DNA of 64,000 nt from an uncultured Gemmatimonadales bacterium (GCA_963816355.1 CAWFKH010000003.1:256001-320000); one strand, 5' to 3'; shown: positions 30,147-41,270, counted from the first letter of the stretch. Translations and numbers: made by a program. The notes: generated by a model from the sequence alone, not told the origin.

Positions 30147-32647
30147 GCCGCGCACCGACGAGCGCCGCCGACGAGCGCGGGAAGGGCGACGCGCGCACGA
30201 CGGCGGGCAGCGCCGCGCTCGCCGCCGCCGGCGTCTACGTGTGCGCCCGCCTCGGCTACGCCTACGCCGTCTACCCCTCGCACATCTCGGTGGTGTGGCC
30301 AGCGAGCGGATTCCTCCTGGCGCTCCTGATCCTGATCGAGCGTCGGCGCTGGCCCGCGGCGTTGCTCGGCGCCGTGGCCGCGAACGTGGTCGCGGACCTC
30401 CAGCACGGCACCACCGTCGGCGTGGCGCTCGCGGGCGGCGGCGCCAACGCGTTCGAATCGCTGGTCGCGGCGCTCGTGCTGATGCGGCTGGCGGGTCGGC
30501 GGCCCTCGCTGCGCAGCCTGCGCGAGCTGGGGGCGCTCATCGTCGGCGCCGCGATCATGAGCAACGCCGTGACGAGCCTGCTCGGCGCGCTCGTGCTGAC
30601 GCGGGCCTGGCGGCTTCCGTTCGGCGCCGGCTGGGAGAGCGGACTGGCGCGGGCGTGGTTCGTCTGGTGGGCGGGCGACGGCATGGGGATGCTCGTGGTC
30701 GCGCCGGCGATCCTGACGTGGGCCGGTGTGGTCCGTGCCCGCGAACGGATCCCGCGCCGGATGGCGCTCGAAGCGGCCCTCGTGCTCCTGGTCACCATAG
30801 TCGTCGCCGGCTCCGTGCTCGTGCGCGGCGGCGCGAGCGGCGGCGCGCTCGGCGGCTATCCGTACCTGGTCTTCCCGCTCCTCATCTGGACCGGCATCCG
30901 CTTCGGACCGTGGGGGCCGGCGACGGCCACGCTGCTCCTGGCGGCGGTCGTCTCGTGGCACGCCTCGCGGGAGCCCGGCCTCTTCATCCAGCAGGAGGGC
31001 TCGTCGCTCCAGCAGGTCCTCGAGATCTACGCCTACCTCGCCCTCGCCAGCCTGTCGTCCCTCGTCCCCGCCGTGGCGCTCCGCGAGCGCGCGGACGCCG
31101 AGGAGCAACTGCGCCAAAGCGATGCGCGCTTCCGCCAGATGGCCGATACGATCAAGGAATCCTACTACGTCGTCGATCTCCTCACGTGGACGCCGATCTA
31201 CGTCAGCCCCATCTGGTCCGAGATCTGGGGAAGGCCGCTGGAGGAGGGATACGATCCCGACATCTGGTTCGACAACATCCATCCCGACGACCGCGAAGCC
31301 ATGCGGCGCGACCAGGAAACCGTCGCCCGCGGCGAGCCGGCGACCACCGTCTTCCGCGTCATCCGCCCCGACGGCGCCACACGGTGGGTGCGCGGCCGCT
31401 CCTTCCCCGTGCGCGACCCGTCCGGCACGGTGTACCGCATGATCGGCGTCGCCGAGGACATCACCGAGCTGCGCCAGTCCGAGGAGCGCGTCATCCAGGC
31501 GCAGCGCATGGAGGCCGTCGGGCAGCTCGCCGGCGGCGTCGCCCATGATTTCAACAACCTCCTCACCGTCATCCTCGGCTCCGCCGACCTCGCCCTCGCC
31601 GACCTGCCGCACGACGCACCCCTGCGCGACGACCTCGTCGCCATCCGCGACGCCGGAGAGAGCGCGACCCGCCTCACCCGCCAGCTCCTCGCCTTCAGCC
31701 GTCAGCAGATCCTGCAGCCGCACCTGCTGCGCCTTGACGAGCTCATCCAGACGACCGCCGGCATGCTCGAGCGCCTCATCGGCGAGAACATCCAGCTCCA
31801 GACGTCGCTCCAGCCCGGCGCCGGATCCGTCAACGCCGACCCCGGCAGCCTCGAACAGGTCCTAGTCAACCTCGCCGTCAACGCGCGCGACGCCATGCCC
31901 GCCGGCGGCCGCCTCCTCCTCGAGCTGCGCAACGCAGACGTCGCCGCCTCCGCCGCCTCCGACGCCGTCCCCCCGGGCCGCTACGTCGTCCTCGCCGTCA
32001 GCGACACCGGCGTCGGCATGGACCCGGAGACCCGCGCCCGCGTCTTCGAGCCGTTCTTCACCACCAAGGAGCCGGGCCGGGGAACCGGCCTCGGCCTCGC
32101 CACCGTCTACGGCATCGTGCGCCAGAGCGACGGCCACATCGCCGTCCACAGCGAGCCCGGCCGCGGCACCCGCTTCGAACTCTACCTCCCCCGCGCCGAC
32201 ACCCCCGCCGCGCCGCTCCCCGCTCCACCACCCAGGCCGCCCCTCCCGGCCACCCCCGCATGCATCCTCATCGTCGAGGACCAGCGTGCTGTCCGCGGCA
32301 TCATGCACCAGATCCTCACCCGCAGAGGGTACCACGTCCTCTCTGCCGCCAGCGGCGAGGAGGCACTCGCCGTCGCCCGCTCCCACCCCGCACCCATCGA
32401 CCTGCTCCTCACCGACGTCGTCATGCCCGGAATGAGCGGTCCCGATCTCGCCCGCAGCCTCGCCGAGCTCCGCCCCGCCACCCGCGTCCTCTTCACCTCC
32501 GGCTACACCGACGACGCCCTCCTCCGCCACGGCATCGTCGCCGCCGAGGTCGACTACCTCGAGAAACCCTTCACGCCGGACTCCCTCACCCGCACCGTCC
32601 GCCGCGTCCTCGAGGCCCCGCCCCGCGGCGCCGGCGCCGATGCCTGA
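30143..32647 (+). CDS. Hybrid sensor histidine kinase (MASE1-PAS-HisKA-HATPase-REC)
   Basis: MASE1-like TM region (VWPASG, WWAGD.MG), PAS (HPDDR), [27 protein letters not shown], receiver LLLTDVVMP. Confidence 0.93.
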   Translation: MSRAPTSAADERGKGDARTTAGSAALAAAGVYVCARLGYAYAVYPSHISVVWPASGFLLALLILIERRRWPAALLGAVAANVVADLQHGTTVGVALAGGGANAFESLVAALVLMRLAGRRPSLRSLRELGALIVGAAIMSNAVTSLLGALVLTRAWRLPFGAGWESGLARAWFVWWAGDGMGMLVVAPAILTWAGVVRARERIPRRMALEAALVLLVTIVVAGSVLVRGGASGGALGGYPYLVFPLLIWTGIRFGPWGPATATLLLAAVVSWHASREPGLFIQQEGSSLQQVLEIYAYLALASLSSLVPAVALRERADAEEQLRQSDARFRQMADTIKESYYVVDLLTWTPIYVSPIWSEIWGRPLEEGYDPDIWFDNIHPDDREAMRRDQETVARGEPATTVFRVIRPDGATRWVRGRSFPVRDPSGTVYRMIGVAEDITELRQSEERVIQAQRMEAVGQLAGGVAHDFNNLLTVILGSADLALADLPHDAPLRDDLVAIRDAGESATRLTRQLLAFSRQQILQPHLLRLDELIQTTAGMLERLIGENIQLQTSLQPGAGSVNADPGSLEQVLVNLAVNARDAMPAGGRLLLELRNADVAASAASDAVPPGRYVVLAVSDTGVGMDPETRARVFEPFFTTKEPGRGTGLGLATVYGIVRQSDGHIAVHSEPGRGTRFELYLPRADTPAAPLPAPPPRPPLPATPACILIVEDQRAVRGIMHQILTRRGYHVLSAASGEEALAVARSHPAPIDLLLTDVVMPGMSGPDLARSLAELRPATRVLFTSGYTDDALLRHGIVAAEVDYLEKPFTPDSLTRTVRRVLEAPPRGAGADA

Positions 32648-32800
32648 GCGCCGCCGCGCCCGCCGCACCACGCCGCGCCCGCCGCACCACGCCGCGCCCG
32701 CCGCACCACGCCGCGCCCGCCGCACCGCCGCGCCCGCTGCCCGCCGCCGCTGCCGCACCGCCGCGCCCGCTGCCCGCCGCCGCTGCCGCCCGCGGCGCCC
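32646..32800. repeat. C-rich tandem repeat (CCGCACCACGCCGCGCCCG-like)
   Basis: Visible ~19-nt units and a duplicated ~33-nt unit directly after the kinase stop. Confidence 0.75.
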
Positions 32801-32805
32801 GCTGC

Positions 32806-32860
32806 TTGACACCCCGGCGGCTGTCTGCTAGATACCTAGCAGAATGCTATAATTCCAGCA
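32806..32860 (+). promoter_or_regulatory. blaI promoter with two tandem TGCTA-N6-YAGCA operator-like palindromes
   Basis: TTGACA at 32806; extended -10 TGCTATAAT at 32845-32853; perfect inverted repeat TCTGCTAG-ATAC-CTAGCAGA and a second imperfect copy TGCTA-TAATTC-CAGCA. Confidence 0.7.
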
Positions 32861-32875
32861 CAGGGAGGGCAGCTG

Positions 32876-33262
32876 ATGAGCGCGCACCCGACGAGGGCGC
32901 TGAGCCGGCGGGAACGGCAGATCATGGACGTGCTCTTCGAGCGGGGGGAGTCGACGGTGGCGGAGGTGCTCGAGGGGATCACGGACCCGCCGAGCTATTC
33001 CGCGGTGCGGGCGACGCTGCGGGTGCTGGAGGAGAAGGGGCAGGTGCGGCACCGGCAGGACGGGCCGCGCTACGTGTACCTGCCGGCGCTGGAGCCGGAG
33101 CAGGCGCGGATGGCGGCGCTGCAGCATCTGGTGCGGACGTTCTTCGACGGGTCGGCGGAGCAGGCGGTGGTGGCGCTGCTGGGGATGTCGGACACGCGGC
33201 TGCCGCGGCGAGAGATCGAGCGGCTGGCGCGGGAGATCCGGGAGGGGGACGGCGGCGGGTGA
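32876..33262 (+). CDS. BlaI/MecI/CopY family transcriptional repressor
   Basis: LSRRERQIMDVL, SYSAVR..L..LEEKG, FFDGS...V..LL. Confidence 0.92.
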   Translation: MSAHPTRALSRRERQIMDVLFERGESTVAEVLEGITDPPSYSAVRATLRVLEEKGQVRHRQDGPRYVYLPALEPEQARMAALQHLVRTFFDGSAEQAVVALLGMSDTRLPRREIERLAREIREGDGGG

Positions 33263-33395
33263 GGGTGGGGGCGGGGGTCGGAGGCGGTGGTGGGGGCGCG
33301 CGCGGGCGGGGGTGCGGAGGGGGGACCCGGCGGGTCGGGCGAGGGGTATCGTTCGGGGCCGTGGGTGGACTCGGGAATCGACGGAGGATGCGGGC

Positions 33396-34265
33396 ATGGA
33401 TCGCGTGAAGGTCTTCTTCATGATGGCGGCGCTGACGGCGCTGCTCGTGCTGATCGGCGGGTGGATCGGCGGGCAGAGTGGCGCGTTGATGTTCTTCATC
33501 TTCGCGGCCGCGATGAACGTGGGGATGTACTGGTGGAGCGACCGCATGGTGCTGCGCATGTACCGCGCGCGGGTGGTGGGGGAGGCGGACGCGTCGGAGC
33601 TGTACCGGATGGTGGACCGGCTGCGCCGGCAGGCGGGTTTGCCGATGCCGAAGCTGGCCATCGCGCCGAGCGAGCAGCCGAATGCGTTCGCGACCGGCCG
33701 CAACGCGGAGCACGCGGTGGTCTGCTTCACCGAGGGGATCCTGAAGCTGGTGAGCGGGGAGGAGCTGGAGGGGGTGACGGCGCACGAGCTGGCGCACATC
33801 AAGCACCACCACATGCTGGTCGGCACGGTGGCGGCGACGATGGCGGGCGCGATCGCGATGCTGGGCAGCGTGGCGCGGTGGGGCGCGATCTTCGGCGGTT
33901 TCGGGGGTCGCGACGACCGTGGCGGCAGCGGGATCGAGCTGCTGGTGATGGCGATCGTGGCGCCGATCGCCGCGCTGATCCTGCAGACGGCGATCAGCCG
34001 CCAGAACGAGTTCCAGGCGGACCGCACGGGCGCGTTGATCTCGCACAAGCCGCTGGCGCTGGCGTCGGCGCTGGAGCGGATGGACGCGTATGCGCACCGC
34101 ATTCCGATGCGGGTCAATCCGGCGGCCGCGCAGCTCGCCATCGTGAATCCGCTGGCGGGCGTGCGTGGGCTGGGAATGATGCGGCTCTTCAGCACCCATC
34201 CCGCAACCGCCGAGCGGATCGAGCGGCTGCGCGAGATCGCGCGCGAGCGGCACCTGGGCGCCTGA
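33396..34265 (+). CDS. htpX: Zinc metalloprotease HtpX
   Basis: PNAFATGRN, HELAH, ISRQNEFQAD, FSTHP.T.ERI; GGAGG SD. Confidence 0.92.
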   Translation: MDRVKVFFMMAALTALLVLIGGWIGGQSGALMFFIFAAAMNVGMYWWSDRMVLRMYRARVVGEADASELYRMVDRLRRQAGLPMPKLAIAPSEQPNAFATGRNAEHAVVCFTEGILKLVSGEELEGVTAHELAHIKHHHMLVGTVAATMAGAIAMLGSVARWGAIFGGFGGRDDRGGSGIELLVMAIVAPIAALILQTAISRQNEFQADRTGALISHKPLALASALERMDAYAHRIPMRVNPAAAQLAIVNPLAGVRGLGMMRLFSTHPATAERIERLREIARERHLGA

Positions 34266-34302
34266 CGCCGCCGCGCCGGCCACCGACAGCGCGCGCCGCC
34301 GC

Positions 34303-35238
34303 GTGAGTGCAGCGCCGAGCCCGCTCGTCTCCGGCCCGTACGCCGGCCGCACGCTGGTCCTCGTCAATCCCGCGGCCGGCCAGGAGGATCCCGTCCGCCT
34401 CCGCCGGCGCCTCGGCGGCGCGTTCGCCGCCCGCGGCGCGCGTTTCGACATGGTCGAGACCGGCTACCCGGGTCACGCGACGGAGCTGGCGCGCGAGGCG
34501 GCGACGCTCGGCTACCGCGCCTGCTGCGTGGTGGGAGGCGACGGCACCCTCGCCGAGGTCGCGACCGGGCTCGCGCGCACCTCCTGCCTGCTGGGGCTGG
34601 TTCCGCAGGGCACCGGCAACCAGGTGGCCCAGAACCTCGGCATCCCCCGCTCGCTCGAGCGCGCCGTCGAGACCGTCGTCCACGGCCGGCCCACGCCGCT
34701 CGACCTCGGCCTCGTCGGTGAACGCGCCTTCGCCCTCGTCGTCGGCGCCGGCTACGACGCCGCCGTGATGGCCGCCGCGACCCGCCCGCTCAAGGAGCGC
34801 TTCGGCTTCGCGGCCTACATCATCGCGTCGCTGCGCGAGGCCGTGAACGTCACGCCGGCCGAGTTCCAGATCGTGGCCGACGGCCGCGAGCTCACCGTCC
34901 GCGCCGCCTCCGTCCTGCTCGCCAACATGGCGGAGCTCTTCGCGCCCTACCTGCGCTTCCGCATCCCGCTGGCGCCCCACCGCGGCCCCACCTGGCGCGA
35001 CGGCCTTCTCGACGTCGTCGTGCTCGCGCCCGGCTCGCTCGCCGGCTTCGCCGCCGTGCTCTGGCGCGCCGCGCGTCGTCAGTTCGACGGCGACGACCGC
35101 CTGATCCACCTGCAGGCGGAAGAGGTCCGCATCGTCTCCGATCCGCCCGTGGCCGTCCAGATCGACGGCGACGCCGACGGCTTCACGCCCGTCTTCGCGC
35201 GCACCCTCCACGACGGCGTCCGCATACTCGTGCCGTAG
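34303..35238 (+). CDS. Diacylglycerol/lipid kinase family protein (YegS/DgkB-like)
   Basis: NPAAG, GGDGT, P.GTGN..A, QIDGD. Confidence 0.9.
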   Translation: MSAAPSPLVSGPYAGRTLVLVNPAAGQEDPVRLRRRLGGAFAARGARFDMVETGYPGHATELAREAATLGYRACCVVGGDGTLAEVATGLARTSCLLGLVPQGTGNQVAQNLGIPRSLERAVETVVHGRPTPLDLGLVGERAFALVVGAGYDAAVMAAATRPLKERFGFAAYIIASLREAVNVTPAEFQIVADGRELTVRAASVLLANMAELFAPYLRFRIPLAPHRGPTWRDGLLDVVVLAPGSLAGFAAVLWRAARRQFDGDDRLIHLQAEEVRIVSDPPVAVQIDGDADGFTPVFARTLHDGVRILVP

Positions 35239-35381
35239 CGACCGGGAGGCCCCCCTTGAAGCGGAGGGCCGCGCCGGCCAGATTACGCGGCTGTCGAGCC
35301 CCGGGCGCTTCGTCGCCGGTCGACCGAGCGCGGTCGCCGCGGCACGCTCGCCCGAGAGCCCACGATCCGAGGAGCAGCTTC

Positions 35382-35948
35382 ATGGCCATCAACGCGACGC
35401 AGATCCGGCGCGGCAACGTCATCGTGATGGATGGCGATCCGTGCCGCGTCATCGAGTTCCACCACCACACGCCCGGCAACCTGCGCGCGTTCGTGCAGGC
35501 GAAGCTGCGCAACCTGCGCACCGGCACGCAGTTCGAGCACCGCTTCCGCGCCGCCGACACCGTCGACCGCGCCACGCTCGAGACGCACGAGCTGCAGTTC
35601 CTCTACCACGACGGCCAGATCTACCACTTCATGAACGTCGAGACCTACGAGCAGGTGCCGCTCGACGAAGAGGCGATCGGCGACTCCGGGCAGTGGCTCA
35701 CGGAGGGCATGGTGATCCAGGCCGAGTTCCACGAGGGGAAGGCCATCGGCGTCGAGCTGCCGAAGACGATCGAGCTCGAAGTCGTCCAGACCGAGCCCGC
35801 CGTGCAGGGCGCCACCAAGTCCGCGATGACGAAGCCCGCCACCCTGAGCAACGGCACCACCGTCCAGGTCCCCTCCTTCGTCGGCATCGGCGACCGCGTG
35901 CGCGTCGACCCGGCCGAAGGCAAGTACCTCGAGCGCGTCCAACGATGA
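35382..35948 (+). CDS. efp: Elongation factor P
   Basis: HHTPGNLRAFVQ, FMN.ETYEQ, KPATL..G..VQVP.FV..GD...VD...G.Y.ER. Confidence 0.95.
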   Translation: MAINATQIRRGNVIVMDGDPCRVIEFHHHTPGNLRAFVQAKLRNLRTGTQFEHRFRAADTVDRATLETHELQFLYHDGQIYHFMNVETYEQVPLDEEAIGDSGQWLTEGMVIQAEFHEGKAIGVELPKTIELEVVQTEPAVQGATKSAMTKPATLSNGTTVQVPSFVGIGDRVRVDPAEGKYLERVQR

Positions 35949-37684
35949 AGACACCCAGCGACTTTCGCGACCACATCCGCGCCCCCGCGGCCGTCCAGGC
36001 TCTCGCCGCCGCGGCCGCGCTCGCCGCCGGCGTCACGATCCTCGCCGCCGCCGCTTCGCCCGCGAGGTCGTCCGCGCCGCCCGCGAGGTCGGCCGCGCTG
36101 TCCGCGAGGTCGGCCGCGTCGCCCGCCGCCGACACGTCGCCCTCGCCGATCACGGCCGCCGAGATCGACGCCCACCTGCGCTTCCTCTCCTCCGACCTTC
36201 TGGAGGGGCGCGCCCCCGCGACGCGAGGCGGTCGTCTCGCCTCGGAGTACATCGCCACCGAGCTGCACTCGTGGGGCCTCGAGCCCGGGGCGAACGGCTC
36301 CTATTTCCAGCCGGTGCCGATCGACGTCGTGCGCACGGTGCCCGGCTCGCTGCGCGTCTCGGCCGGCGGCAAGGCCTCCGCGCCGCTGCGCTATCCGGAG
36401 GACGTCGTCGTCTGGAGCGGCTCGGCGCAGCCGACGTCGCACGCGGACGCCGATGTCGTCTTCGTCGGCTACGGCGTCGCCGCGCCGGAATACCGCTGGG
36501 ACGACTTCAAGGGGCAGGACCTGAAGGGCAAGATCCTGCTCATCCTGGTCAACGACCCGCCGGCGACGCAGCGGGAGCCGGACCTCTTCGGCGGCCGCGC
36601 GATGACGTACTACGGCCGCTGGACGTACAAGTACGAGGAGGCGGAGCGGCGCGGCGCCGCGGGAGCGCTGATCATCCACACCACGGAGCAGGCGGGCTAT
36701 CCGTGGCACACCGTCGTGTCGTCCTGGACGACGCCGCAGCGCTCGCTCCCGCGCGACGCCGACCTGCCCGCCCCGCTCGCCTTCCGCGGCTGGATCACCG
36801 ACTCCGCCGCCACCGCGCTCCTCGGCCAGGCGGGCCTCGACCTGGCCGCCCTGCGCAAGCGCGCGCAAACGCGCGATTTCCGCCCCGTCGACACCGGCAT
36901 CCGCCTCGCCGTCTCCATGCGCAACGACGTCGCGCGCATGGAGTCGCGCAACGTCGTCGCGATCCGCCGCGGCAGCGATCCGGCGCTGAAGGACCAGTAC
37001 GTGGTGCTGAGCGCCCACTGGGACCACTTCGGCATCGGCCCCGTCGTGGACGGCGATTCGATCTACAACGGGACGCTCGACAACGCCTCCGGCGTCGCCG
37101 ACATCCTCGCGGCCGCGCACGCCGCCGCCGTGCTGCCGCCCACGCGCCGCTCGCTCCTCTTCGCCTTCGTCACGGCCGAGGAGGCGGGCCTGCTCGGATC
37201 CGAGTGGTTCGGCCGCAACCCGACCGTGCCGGTGAAGTCGATCGTCGCCGACCTCAACGTCGACGGCGGCAACCTGCTCGGCCGCGTGCGCGACCTCTCC
37301 GTTCTCGGCGCCGACAAGAGCTCGCTCGGACCCTCGCTCGAGCGCATGATCGCCGCCGACGGCATGCGCATCGCGCCGCAGGAGCACCCGGAGCAGGGTC
37401 ACTTCTACCGCTCCGACCACTTCTCCTTCGCCAGGGTCGGCATCCCCGCCGTCTCGATCGGCGAGGGGAGCGACTTCGTCGACCGTCCGGACGGCTGGGG
37501 CAAGGCGCAGCACGAGGACTACACCGCCCACCGCTACCACCAGCCGTCCGACAGTTACCGCGCCGACTTCGACCTGAGCGGGGCCGTCCAGCTCTCCCGC
37601 ATCGTGCTCCGCTTCGGCCGCCAGCTCGCCGACACCGACGCGTGGCCCGCGTGGTCGAAAGGGGCGGAGTTCCGACGACCTTAG
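35945..37684 (+). CDS. M28-family peptidase with PA domain
   Basis: LSSD.LEGR, FVGYG, YYGRWTYKYEEA, SAHWDH, G..DNASG, TAEEAGLLGS, YRSDH, YHQPSD. Confidence 0.92.
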   Translation: MKTPSDFRDHIRAPAAVQALAAAAALAAGVTILAAAASPARSSAPPARSAALSARSAASPAADTSPSPITAAEIDAHLRFLSSDLLEGRAPATRGGRLASEYIATELHSWGLEPGANGSYFQPVPIDVVRTVPGSLRVSAGGKASAPLRYPEDVVVWSGSAQPTSHADADVVFVGYGVAAPEYRWDDFKGQDLKGKILLILVNDPPATQREPDLFGGRAMTYYGRWTYKYEEAERRGAAGALIIHTTEQAGYPWHTVVSSWTTPQRSLPRDADLPAPLAFRGWITDSAATALLGQAGLDLAALRKRAQTRDFRPVDTGIRLAVSMRNDVARMESRNVVAIRRGSDPALKDQYVVLSAHWDHFGIGPVVDGDSIYNGTLDNASGVADILAAAHAAAVLPPTRRSLLFAFVTAEEAGLLGSEWFGRNPTVPVKSIVADLNVDGGNLLGRVRDLSVLGADKSSLGPSLERMIAADGMRIAPQEHPEQGHFYRSDHFSFARVGIPAVSIGEGSDFVDRPDGWGKAQHEDYTAHRYHQPSDSYRADFDLSGAVQLSRIVLRFGRQLADTDAWPAWSKGAEFRRP

Positions 37685-37685
37685 A

Positions 37686-38353
37686 CGCTCGCCTTTGCGG
37701 CGAGGGAGGCTCGCCTGGCGGCGAGGGAAGCTCGCCTGGCGGCGAGGGAAGCTTCGCCTGCGGCGAGGGAAGCTTCGCCTGCGGCGAAGGTCCGCCTTGC
37801 GGCGGGAAGCTCGCCTTGCGGCGAGGGTCCGCCTTGCGGCGGGGAAGCTCGCCTTGCGGCGAGGGTCCGCCTTGCGGCGGGGAAGCTCGCCTTGCGGCGA
37901 GGGTCCGCCTTGCGGCGGGGAAGCTCGCCTTGCGGCGAGGGGCAACCCGTGGAGAGAGAGATGGGTCCACCCGTGCCAGGGGCTGCGCCGTGCGCTCGGG
38001 CGTGCACCACTTCCCGGGCCGAGCGGGCAAGTGCCTATGTTCCCGCCAAGACGCTGGAGACCCCCTCGCCGTCAGGCGAGCTTCCCCGCCGGAACAGGCG
38101 GCCCTTCGCCGCAGGCGAAGCTACCCTCGCCGCAGGCGAGCTCCCCCGCCGCCAGGCGGACCCTCGCCGCAGGCGAGCTTCCCCGCCGCAAGGTGGACCT
38201 TCGCCGCAGGCGAGCTTCCCCGCCGCAAGGCGGACCTTCGCCGCAGGCGAAGCTTCCCTCGCCGCCGGGCGAGCTTCCCTCGCCGCAAGGCGAGCTTCCC
38301 TCGCCGCCAGGCGAGCTTCCCCGCCGGAGGCGGATCTCGCCGCCAGGCGAGCG
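37686..38353. repeat. Foldback element: two inverted arrays of 19-21-nt palindromic units around a 119-bp unique core
   Basis: Left arm 37686-37942 has ~13 units of GCTCGCCTTGCGGCGAGGG(AA)/TCCGCCTTGCGGCGGGGAA. Right arm 38062-38353 has ~15 reverse-complement units. Termini are CGCTCGCCT...AGGCGAGCG. Confidence 0.9.
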
Positions 38354-38387
38354 AACCCCATCAATTTCCCCAGGGTAGAACGTCGTC

Positions 38388-41270
38388 ATGCACGGTGAAA
38401 CCCTCGTCATCCGCGGCGCCCGCGAGCACAACCTCAAGAACATCGACGTCGAGCTGCCGCGCGACCGGCTGATTGTCGTCACGGGGCTTTCCGGCTCCGG
38501 CAAGTCGTCGCTCGCGTTCGACACGATCTACGCCGAGGGGCAGCGGCGCTACGTCGAGTCGCTGTCGGCGTATGCGCGCCAGTTCCTGGGCGTGATGGAG
38601 AAGCCGGACGTGGACGCGATCGAGGGGCTTTCGCCGGCGATCTCGATCGAGCAGAAGACGACGGGCCGCAACCCGCGCTCGACGGTCGGCACCGTCACCG
38701 AGATCTACGACTACCTGCGGCTGCTGTGGGCGCGCGCCGGCACGCCGCACTGCGTGAGCTGCGGCCGGCCGGTGCGCCGGCAGTCGGCCACGCAGATCAC
38801 GGAGCAGATCCTCGGCTGGCCGGAGGGCACGCGGATCGAGGTGCTGGCGCCGATGGTGCGCGGCCGCAAGGGCGAGTTCCGCGAGCTGTTCGAGGAGGCG
38901 CGTCGCAAGGGCTTCGTGCGCGCGCGCGTCGACGACGAGACGCACGAGCTGGAGCGGCCGCCGCGGCTCAATCGGCGGCAGAACCACGACATCGCGATCG
39001 TCGTGGACCGTCTCGTCGTGCGCGGCGAGGACCGGCAGCGGCTGGCGGACTCGATCGAGACGGCGCTGCGCACGGCGGGCGGCGTCGTCGAGGTAGTCGA
39101 GCACCCGGCCGCCGACGCGGCGGAGGACGGCGTGCGGCCGCACCTCTTCTCGGAGAAGTACGCGTGCGTCTACTGCGGCACGAGCCTGGTCGAGCTGGAG
39201 CCGCGCCAGTTCTCCTTCAACTCGCCCTACGGCGCGTGCGACGCGTGCGGCGGGCTGGGCACGCGCCGGGAGGTGAATCCGGACCTCGTCGTGGGCGACC
39301 CGATCATCTCGATCCTCGAGGGCGTGATCCTGCCGTGGGGCGAGCCGTCCGGGCACCTGCGGCGGTCGGTGATCCCCGGCCTGGCGGAGCACTACGGGTT
39401 CGACCCGAACACGAACTGGGGCGACCTGCCGCGGGAGGTCCGCGACGCCGTGCTCTATGGTTCCGGTGAGGTCGAGATCCGCTTCCCCTATCGCGCCGGC
39501 GGGGCGAAGGGTCACTACGAGGAGCCGTGGGAGGGCGTCGTCGGTCACGTCAAGCGTCGCTACGACGAGACCACGTCGGACGCGGTGCGCGAGCAGCTCC
39601 AGGAGTACATGTCGGTGCTGCCGTGCAACGCCTGCGGCGGCTCGCGGCTGAAGGCGGAGAGTCTCGCGGTCACCGTCGCGGGGCGTAGCGTCGGCGACGT
39701 CGTCGCGATGAGCATCGCGGACGCGCTCGCCTTCTTCGCCTCGCTGCCGCTTTCGGATGCGGCGCCCGGCGAGCCGTCGGCGCTGCCCGCCGAGATCGCC
39801 GGTCCGATCCTCAAGGAGGTGCGCGAGCGCCTCGAGTTCCTCGGCCACGTCGGCCTCGACTACCTCACGCTCGGCCGCAGCGCGGAGACGCTCTCCGGCG
39901 GCGAGGCGCAGCGCATCCGGCTGGCGACGCAGATCGGCAGCCGGCTCGTCGGCGTGCTCTACATCCTCGACGAGCCCTCGATCGGGCTCCACCCGCGCGA
40001 CAACGAGCGCCTGCTCGGCACGCTCGCGCGGCTGCGCGACCTCGGCAACACCGTCATCGTCGTCGAGCACGACCGCGACACGATCCTCGCCGCCGACTAC
40101 GTGCTCGACCTCGGGCCCGCCGCCGGCCGTCACGGTGGGGAAGTGGTGGCCGCCGGCACCGTCGAGGACCTGCTCGCCAGCGAGCGCTCCCTCACCGCCG
40201 CCTATCTGCGCGGCGAGCGCTCGATCGAGGTGCCCCCGTCCCGGCGCGCCGTCGATCCGCAGCGCGCGCTCGTCCTGCGCGGCGCGCGCGAGCACAACCT
40301 GAAGGCGATCGACGTGGCGTTCCCGCTCGGCGCGTTCATCGCCGTCACGGGCGTGAGCGGCTCCGGCAAGAGCACGCTGGTCAACGACATCCTCTACGTC
40401 GCGCTCGCCCGGCACTTCTACCGCGCTCGCCTTCTGCCCGGCGCCCACGACGGCATCGACCGCATCGACCTCGTGGACAAGGTCGTCGACGTCGACCAGT
40501 CGCCGATCGGCCGCACGCCGCGCTCGAATCCGGCCACCTACACCGGCCTCTTCACCCCCATCCGCCAGCTCTTCGCCGAGCTGCCCGAGTCGAAGATCCG
40601 CGGCTACGCGCCCGGCCGCTTCTCCTTCAACGTCAAGGGCGGCCGCTGCGAGGCGTGCCAGGGCGACGGCCTCGTCAAGATCGAGATGCACTTCCTGCCG
40701 GACGTCTACGTCCCGTGCGACGTCTGCCGCGGCAGGCGCTACAACCGCGAGACGCTCGAGGTGCTCTACAACGGCCGCAGCATCGCCGACGTGCTGGAGA
40801 TGACCGTCGACGACGCGCGCGACTTCTTCGACGCCGTGCCCCGCATCCGCGACCGCCTCCAGACCCTCTCCGACGTCGGCCTCGGCTACATCCACCTCGG
40901 CCAGTCCGCCACCACCCTCTCCGGCGGCGAGGCACAGCGCGTGAAGCTGGCGACGGAGCTCTCCAAACGCGACACCGGCCAGACCTTCTACATCCTCGAC
41001 GAGCCGACCACCGGCCTCCACTTCGAGGACGTGCGCATGCTGCTCGACGTGCTGCACCGGTTGGTCGACAAGGGGAACACCGTCGTCGTGATCGAGCACA
41101 ACCTGGATGTCGTGAAGACCGCGGACTGGATCGTCGACCTCGGCCCGGAGGGCGGCGCCGCTGGCGGCGAGGTCGTCGCGGAGGGCACGCCGGAGAGCAT
41201 CGCGGCAAACCCGCTATCCCACACCGGCCGCTTCCTTGCCGACGTGCTCGGCCTCGCCCCCGTGGGGTAA
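38388..41270 (+). CDS. uvrA: Excinuclease ABC subunit UvrA
   Basis: [23 protein letters not shown], zinc fingers, two LSGGEAQR signatures, [10 protein letters not shown]. Confidence 0.97.
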   Translation: MHGETLVIRGAREHNLKNIDVELPRDRLIVVTGLSGSGKSSLAFDTIYAEGQRRYVESLSAYARQFLGVMEKPDVDAIEGLSPAISIEQKTTGRNPRSTVGTVTEIYDYLRLLWARAGTPHCVSCGRPVRRQSATQITEQILGWPEGTRIEVLAPMVRGRKGEFRELFEEARRKGFVRARVDDETHELERPPRLNRRQNHDIAIVVDRLVVRGEDRQRLADSIETALRTAGGVVEVVEHPAADAAEDGVRPHLFSEKYACVYCGTSLVELEPRQFSFNSPYGACDACGGLGTRREVNPDLVVGDPIISILEGVILPWGEPSGHLRRSVIPGLAEHYGFDPNTNWGDLPREVRDAVLYGSGEVEIRFPYRAGGAKGHYEEPWEGVVGHVKRRYDETTSDAVREQLQEYMSVLPCNACGGSRLKAESLAVTVAGRSVGDVVAMSIADALAFFASLPLSDAAPGEPSALPAEIAGPILKEVRERLEFLGHVGLDYLTLGRSAETLSGGEAQRIRLATQIGSRLVGVLYILDEPSIGLHPRDNERLLGTLARLRDLGNTVIVVEHDRDTILAADYVLDLGPAAGRHGGEVVAAGTVEDLLASERSLTAAYLRGERSIEVPPSRRAVDPQRALVLRGAREHNLKAIDVAFPLGAFIAVTGVSGSGKSTLVNDILYVALARHFYRARLLPGAHDGIDRIDLVDKVVDVDQSPIGRTPRSNPATYTGLFTPIRQLFAELPESKIRGYAPGRFSFNVKGGRCEACQGDGLVKIEMHFLPDVYVPCDVCRGRRYNRETLEVLYNGRSIADVLEMTVDDARDFFDAVPRIRDRLQTLSDVGLGYIHLGQSATTLSGGEAQRVKLATELSKRDTGQTFYILDEPTTGLHFEDVRMLLDVLHRLVDKGNTVVVIEHNLDVVKTADWIVDLGPEGGAAGGEVVAEGTPESIAANPLSHTGRFLADVLGLAPVG

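Noticed and set aside
37686..38353. CRISPR array, or repeat-protein ORFs (37695-38378, 37892-38398)
   Set aside because: The units are contiguous without unique spacers and no cas genes are present. The ORFs are stop-free translations of GC-rich repeats on both strands.
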